NCBI GenBank assembly: GCA_965247095.1
Contig: OZ251997.1
Location: 1,120,001 to 1,184,000, forward strand
Length of the DNA: 64,000 nucleotides
Direction: 5' to 3'
Source of the DNA: Candidatus Multivorans sp.
Lineage (GTDB): Bacteria > Acidobacteriota > Thermoanaerobaculia > Multivoradales > Multivoraceae
In this document: positions 1 through 7,872 of the stretch, in pieces
Position numbering within the stretch: position 1 is the first letter of the stretch
How the letters are laid out: the number at the start of each line of letters is the position of its first letter
Translations under genes and position numbers: made by a program
The notes under the pieces: model-generated
What the model was told of the DNA's origin: nothing
The model's database searches: none
The model's input: only the letters and a program-made list of their open reading frames with translations

Positions 1-1918
1 AAACCACCAGCCACTCTTCGGGCGGAACGTCGACCTCCTGCTCCCCGGCGTCCGTTGGCGCGAGCCCCGACGCCGCGCGCCAGGTCGTGCGTACGTCGCC
101 GCTCGCCAAGAGTCGCTTGCGGTCCCCGCTGACCCGTAGCTGCGCGGCCGCGAGATGGTACTCACCGACCAGCGCCTCGACTCCCCCCCGGAACAGGCTA
201 CCGTCCTCGTCGCAGAGCACGGCCTCCTCCGATCTGATCGTCGACGGGCCATCGGCTGGATCCGCGCCGGCAAGGGGCAGGGGGCCTCTTCCGTCTTCGT
301 CCGCGCCTCTAAAGGTGATCGCTACGCCCCCACTCGCTTCGGAGCAGGCCGCTGCCTGGTCGAACATGCTGCGGGGTGCTTCGAGTTCCCCTTCGGCAAG
401 GATGAGCTTCCCCGGTTGCCCGAAGAACTCGACCCGCCCGGTCGAGGGATCGATCACGGCGCGGTCCGCGAGCGCACGGACCGGGTCGCGGCGCCGATCC
501 GTCAGTTCGACGGCGCCTTCCAGGACCAACTCCGTCAGCGCGCCGTCGCTGTCGAAGCGGCCATTGGCGACTCTGCTCGAAGCGACTCGAAGGGGCTGTC
601 GCCGCTCTGGAACCTGCAGGTCGAGCACGACCCTCCCCCGCGACTCGAACTCGGACGGCACCCCGTCGACGAAGGTGAAGGCAAGAACCTGTGCCCGAAC
701 CCGTCGCCGAGCCCCACTCGCATAGTCGATTCGCAGCACGCCGGGGCCGCCCCTGTTCGGACCGCTCAACAGCAGCCGGCTCGGGAGTTGATTGAGGTCG
801 AAACCGACGTCCAGCGCATCGCCGATCAGGACCAGCGTCGAACTGTCCGCTTCCGTCTCGCCATCCTGTGCCGGGAACCCGCCACTTCCGAGAGGCGCCT
901 GCAGCAGAATCTCCCCGCGGGCCTCGAGCGCGGTCAGCGCATCGCCGGTTTCCCGGGCCAGGGCGAGCCTCAGTGAACGGGCGGCGAGGTTCAGGTCGCC
1001 GAACCGAGTCGTGGTTCCGCCCCGTGCGGTCAGGGTTCCTTCGGTCCAGCGGTACTCCAGGGTCTCGCCGGCCAGGGAGAGCGGCTCGAGCGACTCGCCG
1101 AACTCCATCGCGGCGCCGCCAGTCGCCTTCATTCGTCCCTCACGCCATCGATACTCCAGCGTCTCGGCGGTCAGAGACAGCGGCTGCGGTGGATCGCCTG
1201 TCTCGCTCGTTGCCGCGGCGCCGGTCGCCCGAACTCCGCCCCTGAGGTTCGCCACTTCCTGACGGAAGTCGACCCGCAGGCCGTCGCCGACCGCGGTGAT
1301 GCCCTCGAACGTGAACCGGCTGTCGTCCGCCGCCGTCAGAACCATGCCGCCCTCGGCCAAGTCCATCCAGTCCGTGTCGATAACGAGGCCGTTCGTCCCC
1401 TCCAGCGACACCGCGCCCTCCAGATGGGTCGCGTTCGTGACTTCGTTGTAGGTCGCGCCATCGGCGTGCAGGCGGTAGTGGTCATCGCCGCGCGGATACT
1501 CGACCTCGACCTCCTTCAGCAGCACGTTGCCCTGGTCGTCGGAACTCGTCCGGGCGCCCCGAATGCGGAACACCTCCACGCCTTCACGCTCGAGCGTCGA
1601 TTCGAACTGCTCAGCGCTGATTTGGACCGTCTCTTCGCCCAGGACCGCGGCCTCGTCCGCACCGGTGGCCTCCTCGCCACCCTCCTCGGCGACAACCTCG
1701 GGCCGCTCCTGCCGTCCACTCAGAAAGACCGAGGCCAACCCGCCGACGCCGGCAATCAGCACCACGAGCAGGAACGCCCTCAGAAGCCGGGTGCGGAGTT
1801 GGCGCCGCCGTCCGAAGCGCACGTCCCTTCGCCCGCCGGGCCGGTAGACGGAATCCCGGCCGTCCGTTGCCGGCGAGGGGGATGCCTCGTCGGACCCGGG
1901 GGGCGTCTCGGTGCTCAT
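1..1918 (-). CDS. LptC/LptA (OstA-like beta-jellyroll) LPS export periplasmic protein, truncated by window edge
   Basis: Absent from the ORF track because it runs off the left edge. Manual translation from ATG 1918: MSTETPPGSD...RLLRAFLLVVLIAGVGGLASVFLSGRQ (single TM), then beta-rich segments such as YRLHADGATYNEVTNATHLEGAVSL typical of LptC/LptA. Lies directly downstream of recJ. Confidence 0.7.
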   Translation of the reverse strand, partial: MSTETPPGSDEASPSPATDGRDSVYRPGGRRDVRFGRRRQLRTRLLRAFLLVVLIAGVGGLASVFLSGRQERPEVVAEEGGEEATGADEAAVLGEETVQISAEQFESTLEREGVEVFRIRGARTSSDDQGNVLLKEVEVEYPRGDDHYRLHADGATYNEVTNATHLEGAVSLEGTNGLVIDTDWMDLAEGGMVLTAADDSRFTFEGITAVGDGLRVDFRQEVANLRGGVRATGAAATSETGDPPQPLSLTAETLEYRWREGRMKATGGAAMEFGESLEPLSLAGETLEYRWTEGTLTARGGTTTRFGDLNLAARSLRLALARETGDALTALEARGEILLQAPLGSGGFPAQDGETEADSSTLVLIGDALDVGFDLNQLPSRLLLSGPNRGGPGVLRIDYASGARRRVRAQVLAFTFVDGVPSEFESRGRVVLDLQVPERRQPLRVASSRVANGRFDSDGALTELVLEGAVELTDRRRDPVRALADRAVIDPSTGRVEFFGQPGKLILAEGELEAPRSMFDQAAACSEASGGVAITFRGADEDGRGPLPLAGADPADGPSTIRSEEAVLCDEDGSLFRGGVEALVGEYHLAAAQLRVSGDRKRLLASGDVRTTWRAASGLAPTDAGEQEVDVPPEEWLVV

Positions 1919-1927
1919 GAGCTAAGT

Positions 1928-3679
1928 CTACTTGGCACTGTCGGTTCCGGTCCCCTCGTCGCGCGCAATTCGTCTGGCGTCCTCGACCCTGACCACGGGA
2001 CCACCGGCGTACGTGTCCCATTCCAGCGCCCCGAGCACTTCGAAGAATCCGTCGAGGTCGGACAGTCGTTCCCGCCAGCCCCACCCGAGCAACTGCACGG
2101 GTCGGCCGGACTCGGAATCCCGACTTCCCGCACGCTTGACACGCAGCTTGACGTGGTCCTTGCCGAACTCGCGAACCGGACCGCTCCGCTCCAGCGGTCC
2201 GAGCCGGATCAGCGGTCGGCGATTCCCTTCACCATGCGGCTCCAACCGCGCGAGTTCGCGGAACAGGCCTCGGTCGACCTGTTCCGGAGAGAGCTCCAGC
2301 TCATACTCCCGACGCCGCACCAGCACCTCCGGCGCCCAATCGGCGGCCTCTTCCATCTCGGCCCTCAGAGCCGGCAGTTCCGACACGCCCACAGACAGGC
2401 CAATAGCCTGGGGATGCCCGCCGAATCGCTCCATCCGCGCCTCGAAACCGGTCATGAAGGAGTGGAGATCGACACCGGGGATGCTGCGACCTGAGCCGGT
2501 GCCCGTCTCGCCGTCGACACCAAGCAGGATCACCGGACGATGGAACTCGCGGGCAAGGCGTCCGGCGGCAATGCCGACCACGCCCCGATGCCAGTCCTGA
2601 CTCCAGGCCATGAGGATCCCGGGCCTCTGTCCGTCGGCCGAGAACGCCTCCGTCGCCTCCGCTACCACCCGCCGTTCTTCGCCCTGCCGCTGGCGGTTCA
2701 GAGAGTCGAGCTCCCTCGCGAGGCGATCGGCCTCGGCCGTGTCGCGGGTCAGCAGCAGACGGAGAGCCAGATCGGCGCTGGCCAGTCGGCCGGCAGCATT
2801 GAGCCTCGGTCCCAGCCGAAAGGCGACTTCCGTAGACGACACCGCGCCCTTGATGCGAGCGACCCGCATCAGGGCCCGGAGCCCCGGAGACCGTGACTGC
2901 GCCAGCGCCTGCAGGCCGAGCGCGGCGATGACACGGTTCTCGCCCACCAGGGGCACCACATCCGCGATCGTGCCGAGGCATGCGACGCGCAACAGCGCAG
3001 CCAGCGGCTCTTCGCGACCGCTCCGACGCAGCACTGCCTGCGCCAGCTTGAACGCAAGTCCGGCGCCGCAAAGGTGGCGAAAGGGGTAGGTACAGCCATC
3101 CTGTTGAGGATTGACCTGGATCGCCTGGGACGGCAAGCCGCTTCCGGCAACGTGATGATCGGTCACGACCACGTCCATTCCTTGCCTGATCGCCTCCTCC
3201 ACCGCCTCGTTCGAGGTCGTACCGCAGTCAACCGTGACGATCAGCGAGGCGCCCGCGCGCTTCGCCTTCTCGACCTGAACGACCTGAAAGCCGTATCCCT
3301 CGGTCAACCGGTTCGGAAGGATCGGAACGGCATCGGCAGCCAGGGCCCGCAGTACAACGGTGAGCAGCGCGCAGGCGCTCACTCCGTCGACGTCGTAGTC
3401 CCCCACAACGGCGATGGTGCCGCGGTCGCGGCAGACGGCAAGCACCCGCTCGGCCGCCTCCTCCATCCCTCTGAGCAGGAAGGGGTCGTGCAAGCCACTG
3501 CGGTTCGGTCTGAGGAAGGTCTCCGCCTCCGCCTCCGTCTCCACTCCCCTGCGGGCAAGGGGAGCGGCAAGCAGCCCGTATCCCGCTGCCAGGAGTCGTG
3601 CGGTGGGCTCGGGAGCGGGCTTCTCCGCCCACTCCACCGTGTCATTGCGGTGGCCGCCGCCTTGCTCCGGCATCGTCAC
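1928..3679 (-). CDS. recJ: Single-stranded-DNA-specific exonuclease RecJ
   Basis: Motifs GDYDVDG, TVDCG, TDHH, GTIADVVPL, PRLNAAGR, GGH. Confidence 0.97.
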   Translation of the reverse strand: MTMPEQGGGHRNDTVEWAEKPAPEPTARLLAAGYGLLAAPLARRGVETEAEAETFLRPNRSGLHDPFLLRGMEEAAERVLAVCRDRGTIAVVGDYDVDGVSACALLTVVLRALAADAVPILPNRLTEGYGFQVVQVEKAKRAGASLIVTVDCGTTSNEAVEEAIRQGMDVVVTDHHVAGSGLPSQAIQVNPQQDGCTYPFRHLCGAGLAFKLAQAVLRRSGREEPLAALLRVACLGTIADVVPLVGENRVIAALGLQALAQSRSPGLRALMRVARIKGAVSSTEVAFRLGPRLNAAGRLASADLALRLLLTRDTAEADRLARELDSLNRQRQGEERRVVAEATEAFSADGQRPGILMAWSQDWHRGVVGIAAGRLAREFHRPVILLGVDGETGTGSGRSIPGVDLHSFMTGFEARMERFGGHPQAIGLSVGVSELPALRAEMEEAADWAPEVLVRRREYELELSPEQVDRGLFRELARLEPHGEGNRRPLIRLGPLERSGPVREFGKDHVKLRVKRAGSRDSESGRPVQLLGWGWRERLSDLDGFFEVLGALEWDTYAGGPVVRVEDARRIARDEGTGTDSAK

Positions 3680-6144
3680 ATCAGATCCTGCGGGTCAACG
3701 TCGACGGTAAGGTCAGTGGCCGGCGTCGGCACGACGGCACGGGCCAGCCGCCGCACGTCGGCGCCGCTGGCGGAGCGCATCAGGAGCTGAAACCGCCACT
3801 GTCCCTTGAGGCGCTCGAGCGGCGCCGGCGCCGGACCGGAAAAGCGCACACCGGCGGCCAGCGCGTGGGCCCGCGCGTCCCCCGCAAGCTCCCTGATCCG
3901 CCCCCAACCACGTTCACGATCACGATCGCGGACCACGATCTGGACCATGCGAGTGAACGGAGGGTAGTGGAACACCCGGCGAAACCGCATCTCCTGGCTG
4001 GCGAAGGCCTCGTCATCTCCGTTCAGCACCGCCTGGATCGCATAGTGGTCCGGATGGTACGTCTGGATCACAAACCGGCCCAAACGTTCGCCACGACCGG
4101 CCCGCCCGGCGAGCTGCGTGAGCAGCGCATAGCTACGCTCCGCGGCCCGAAAATCCGGGAACCCGAGGTAGGAGTCCGCGGTGAGTACCGCCGCGAGCGC
4201 AACGTCAGGGAAGTGGTGTCCCTTGGACACCATCTGGGTGCCGATCAGGATCTGTGTGCGTCCGCTTCGAAACCTCTCCAGGACCGCCGCTGGGCCGCCG
4301 ACGCGCCGGGTCGCGTCCCGGTCCAGCACGTCCACGACAGCGCCCGGAAATCGGGCCAGGACCTCCTCCTCCACCCTCTCCGTGCCGGCGCCGATCGGCT
4401 GGAGTGCGTCCTCTCCGCAGCCCGGGCAGAGCCGCGGCACTTCCTCACGGGCGCCGCAGTAGTGGCAGACAAGTCGTCGCTCCCGGCGGTGAAAGCTCTT
4501 GGGCAGACCACAGTCCTCGCATGGCATGTTCTCGCCGCAGGCGCGACACAGCAGTTGCGGCGAGTAGCCCCGCCGGTTCCGCAGCAGGATCACCTGCTCT
4601 CCCCGCTCCAGGCTGTGTGTGATCTGGTCGATCAGGGACCCGGAGAACATCACGTCCCCCGGCCGGCGCGGGCCCCCGGCCTCCTTGCGGAGATCGACCA
4701 GGATCGGTTCGGGAAGCGAACCCGATCCGACCCTGGCGGTGAGCCGGAGGTGGCGATACCGACCGCGCTCGACGTTCAAGCGGGTTTCCAGACTCGGTGT
4801 CGCGGAGACCAGCACGGCGGCCGCGGAACACGAGCGGGCCCGCACCAGGGCCAGGTCCCGGCCGCTGTATCGGGGACGCGTGTCCTGCTTGTAGGCCGTG
4901 TCCTGTTCCTCGTCGACGACGATCAGGCCCAGGTTCAAAACGGGAGCGAAGACGGCCGACCGGGGACCGATGACGATGCGGCCCTCGCCGCTGCGGATGC
5001 GCTCCCACTCCTGATGGCGCTCGGCCCTGCCGAGGTTCGAGTGCAACAGGGCGACCAGGTCGCCGAAGCGCTGCTTCAGCGTCCGCGCCAGCGCCGGCAC
5101 CAGGGCGATCTCCGGCACCAGAACGATGACGGACCGGCCCTCCTCAACCGCCGCCCGAGCCGCTTGAAGGTAGACCTCGGTCTTTCCGGACCCGGTCATG
5201 CCACCCAGGAAGCAGGGCCGGAACTGCCGGCTCCGAACCGCCGCGACCAGTTCGTCGGCGGCGACGGCTTGGTCCGGGCGCAGTTCGATCGGCGCCACCT
5301 CGTCATCACCGGCCAAGCGATGGCGCGCCAGATCCATCGTCTCGATCTGGGTAAAGGAGCGGAGAACGCCAAGTCGAACCAGGCGTCGAACAACCGCCGC
5401 CGAAGCGCCGGTCTGGGTACGTAACTCCTCCAGCGTTGCCGGCCGGTTCAGTTCCGCGAGGAACTCGACCACCAGGCGGGCCGCCGGAGACCGCCCGCAC
5501 GCCTGAAGCTGGGCCTCGCGATCCCCCGCCGGCAGCTCGACGGCCGCACGGTAGCGGGAACTCCGGCTACCGGGTTCGTACAGCCGTATACGGCCGCTCT
5601 CCCGCCAGCTCTCGATGCGATCGAAGAGCGTCGCCTCCCCCACTTCGTTCCAGATCGTCGCCAGTGTCAGGCGACCCCGATCCAGAAGCAGTCGTTGCAG
5701 GGCCTGACTCAGCGGGTCGCGGCAATCGTAGAGCGCGCCGCGGTTGGTGAGTTCCGCGCGCCGGTCGCCCCAGCCGGTGAGTTTTCCGGGAACCATGATC
5801 TTCAGCACTTCGCCGATCGGCGCGGTGTAGTAGGAGGAGGCGAAGCGGGCGATCTCCATCAGGTCGTCCGGCAGGACGGGTTCCAGGTCGACGACCGATT
5901 CAATCGGGCGTAGTTGGGTTTCGACGCCGGCGGGGGGGCGGGCCGGAAGGCCCACGATCCAGCCGGTCAGACGCCGCTTGCCCACGGGTACCCGCACGCG
6001 GACGCCGACTCGGACCAGGCCGCTCCAGCGCCTGGGTACGCTGTAGGTCAGGGGACCCGGCAGCGGCAGCGGCACCGCGACTTCGGCGTACTCGCCTCCA
6101 GCGACGCCGGTCCCGGCATCCCACGGCTGCGTCGCCGAACTCAC
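3676..6144 (-). CDS. priA: Primosomal protein N' PriA
   Basis: GMTGSGKTEVY, LVPEIAL, DEEQD, SATPS, two CxxC pairs, GTQMVSKG, QLAGRAGR. Confidence 0.97.
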   Translation of the reverse strand: MSSATQPWDAGTGVAGGEYAEVAVPLPLPGPLTYSVPRRWSGLVRVGVRVRVPVGKRRLTGWIVGLPARPPAGVETQLRPIESVVDLEPVLPDDLMEIARFASSYYTAPIGEVLKIMVPGKLTGWGDRRAELTNRGALYDCRDPLSQALQRLLLDRGRLTLATIWNEVGEATLFDRIESWRESGRIRLYEPGSRSSRYRAAVELPAGDREAQLQACGRSPAARLVVEFLAELNRPATLEELRTQTGASAAVVRRLVRLGVLRSFTQIETMDLARHRLAGDDEVAPIELRPDQAVAADELVAAVRSRQFRPCFLGGMTGSGKTEVYLQAARAAVEEGRSVIVLVPEIALVPALARTLKQRFGDLVALLHSNLGRAERHQEWERIRSGEGRIVIGPRSAVFAPVLNLGLIVVDEEQDTAYKQDTRPRYSGRDLALVRARSCSAAAVLVSATPSLETRLNVERGRYRHLRLTARVGSGSLPEPILVDLRKEAGGPRRPGDVMFSGSLIDQITHSLERGEQVILLRNRRGYSPQLLCRACGENMPCEDCGLPKSFHRRERRLVCHYCGAREEVPRLCPGCGEDALQPIGAGTERVEEEVLARFPGAVVDVLDRDATRRVGGPAAVLERFRSGRTQILIGTQMVSKGHHFPDVALAAVLTADSYLGFPDFRAAERSYALLTQLAGRAGRGERLGRFVIQTYHPDHYAIQAVLNGDDEAFASQEMRFRRVFHYPPFTRMVQIVVRDRDRERGWGRIRELAGDARAHALAAGVRFSGPAPAPLERLKGQWRFQLLMRSASGADVRRLARAVVPTPATDLTVDVDPQDLM

Positions 6145-6536
6145 TTCGTTCCGTTCTGTGGCGCAGCCTCAGGGCCGGCCCGGTCCTCCTCGACACAGTT
6201 GCCGCATATGCCTGCGGTCAACTGAGCTTCAGGCACGTGAACGCCGCAACGCCGGCACCGAAGCAGCGCGCTTGGCCGTCCGGGGCCACGAGTCGCCCCG
6301 GAGTCGCGCTCGGAGGTCCCGGACGGGGAACCGCCGGCCGTACCGCGTGCACTCCACTTGCCTCCGGTCCGGCCCGTACCGCGAGTGCCGGCGGCGGATC
6401 GTTGCAATACCTTGAGCAGGCGCAGGAAGGAGCGCGCCTCCGCGGCTCGTGGCGACCGCAGCAGCCCGCGAACGATCCGCGAGATCCACATCCATGCCAC
6501 CAACAGGGCAATCAGAATGACGAGGAACCGTGTCAC
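6141..6536 (-). CDS. Small membrane-anchored protein with C-terminal Cys motif (PP0621-like)
   Basis: N-terminal TM (MTRFLVILIALLVAWMW) and C-terminal RCRRCGVHVPE...CGNC; stop overlaps the priA start. Confidence 0.65.
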   Translation of the reverse strand: MTRFLVILIALLVAWMWISRIVRGLLRSPRAAEARSFLRLLKVLQRSAAGTRGTGRTGGKWSARGTAGGSPSGTSERDSGATRGPGRPSALLRCRRCGVHVPEAQLTAGICGNCVEEDRAGPEAAPQNGTK

Positions 6537-6636
6537 GATCTAGATCAGCCTTGGCGGCTGGAATTCCCCTGCTGAACCGACCGCCCGTCGAATCCAGGCT
6601 GTCCTGGCCCTCAGGAGGCGCCGCGGCCCAAGAGCC

Positions 6637-7152
6637 TCAACTGGCCTTGGCCTTGGAGATCTTTTCGAGGCTGCCCGTGAGCGCCTTCTCGACCAGGACC
6701 TCCGCGTCGTCTTCGCCGATCTCTCTGACGTGCAGAACCTCGCTGACGATGAAGTACCTCGCCTTCTCGTACATCTTCTTCTCGCGGAACGACAGGCTCT
6801 TCTTCTGACTCACCAGGCGGAGGTTCTTGAGCACCTGGGCGGCGTCGGTCAGGGAACCGGTCCGCATCTTGTCGAGGTTCTGCTTGTAGCGGCCCTTCCA
6901 GTCCTTGTAGACATCGATGTTGCCGTCCTCGATCAACCGCAGCAGGTCGTTGATCTCCCGCGACTTGGCCAGACGCCGCAGGCCCACCCGGTCCAGATTC
7001 TCCTCGGGCACCATCACCTTCGAGTGGTTGCCCAGCACCCGCAGGTGGTAGTAGGTTTGCTTCTCCCCGCCGTCCGGGGCGCTTAACGCGATGAGTTCCA
7101 CCACGCTCACGCCGTGGTTGGGGTATACGACCTTCTCACCGACTCGGAACAC
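6637..7152 (-). CDS. carD: CarD family transcriptional regulator
   Basis: FRVGEKVVYPNHGV, VMVP, GLRRL, DWKGRY...DKMRTG. Confidence 0.93.
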   Translation of the reverse strand: MFRVGEKVVYPNHGVSVVELIALSAPDGGEKQTYYHLRVLGNHSKVMVPEENLDRVGLRRLAKSREINDLLRLIEDGNIDVYKDWKGRYKQNLDKMRTGSLTDAAQVLKNLRLVSQKKSLSFREKKMYEKARYFIVSEVLHVREIGEDDAEVLVEKALTGSLEKISKAKAS

Positions 7153-7317
7153 TCTGAACCCCCTTCACAGAACCCCCTTCAGACATGTGACAGTTGCCTG
7201 TCTCGGCAAACATAGCCGAAACCTTGAACGCAGTTCCGAGATCGGCCGCCAGTTGCCCGCCAGTTGCTGTTCTGGATATCTCTAAGTTCTGGATAGCCAC
7301 ACACTTAACGGGCACGA

Positions 7318-7346
7318 ATTGTAGCCGAGAGGGCTCAGAACGTCAA
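7318..7346 (-). promoter_or_regulatory. Sigma70-type promoter for carD
   Basis: Minus strand TTGACG-17 nt-TACAAT about 165 nt upstream of carD. Confidence 0.75.
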
Positions 7347-7497
7347 GCCGTTCCCGCCCCATTTGCGCCTACTTCGAGCCGCCGGCTCTAAGTCGTTGAA
7401 GGCGCAGACTTTGCAGCTCCAGCACTGGAAGTTGCGCCGTGGCGGTGCTACTCTGCGCCACCGTCGCCGCGGCACCCGCAGGGGTGCGGATTTCCAT

Positions 7498-7584
7498 GCC
7501 GGAGTGGCGGAATGGCAGACGCAGGGGACTCAAAATCCCCCGCCCCAAAAGGGCGTGTGGGTTCGACTCCCACCTCCGGCACCA
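7498..7584 (+). tRNA. tRNA-Leu(CAA)
   Basis: GCCGGAG/CTCCGGC acceptor stem, anticodon arm GGGGA-CT-CAA-AA-TCCCC, long variable arm, GTTCGAC T-loop, encoded CCA. Confidence 0.97.
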
Positions 7585-7852
7585 CCGCAGCCCTTGAAGG
7601 GTCCCCTGCGGGGACTCCAATGACCCTGCGCCCCAAAAGGGCGTGTGGGTTCGACTCCCACCTCCGGCACCAGCACGGCCTCTCACGGGTCCCCTGCGGG
7701 GACTCCAGTAACCCCTGCGCCCTGAAACGGGCGTGTGGGTTCGACTCCCACCTCCGGCACCAGCGCGGCCTCTCACGGGTCCCCTGCGGGGACTCCAGTA
7801 ACCCCTGCGCCCTGAAATGGGCGTGTGGGTTCGACTCCCACCTCCGGCACCA
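7585..7852 (+). repeat. Three tandem 88-90 bp units, each ending in the tRNA-Leu 3' half plus CCA
   Basis: GGGCGTGTGGGTTCGACTCCCACCTCCGGCACCA ends at 7584 (tRNA), 7672, 7762 and 7852. Each unit also has the hairpin GTCCCC-TGC-GGGGAC (7601-7615, 7689-7703, 7779-7793). Confidence 0.95.
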
Positions 7853-7853
7853 G

Positions 7854-7868
7854 CACCGCTCTGCGGTG
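7854..7868. terminator. Short GC hairpin between the tRNA array and the convergent TolC gene
   Basis: CACCGC-TCT-GCGGTG; no U-tract, so terminator function is uncertain. Confidence 0.35.
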
Positions 7869-7872
7869 TGCG

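Noticed and set aside
87-2494. Plus-strand ORFs at the window start
   Set aside because: Shadows of the minus-strand LptC/LptA-like gene and recJ.
7541-7852. CRISPR array (regular repeats with ~45-bp spacers)
   Set aside because: The repeat is the tRNA-Leu 3' half, the spacers are near-identical to each other, and there are no cas genes in the window.
7585-7852. Additional functional or permuted tRNA genes (for example Trp-CCA)
   Set aside because: The units lack the 5' acceptor strand GCCGGAG and a D-arm, and the anticodon stem is broken, so no cloverleaf forms.
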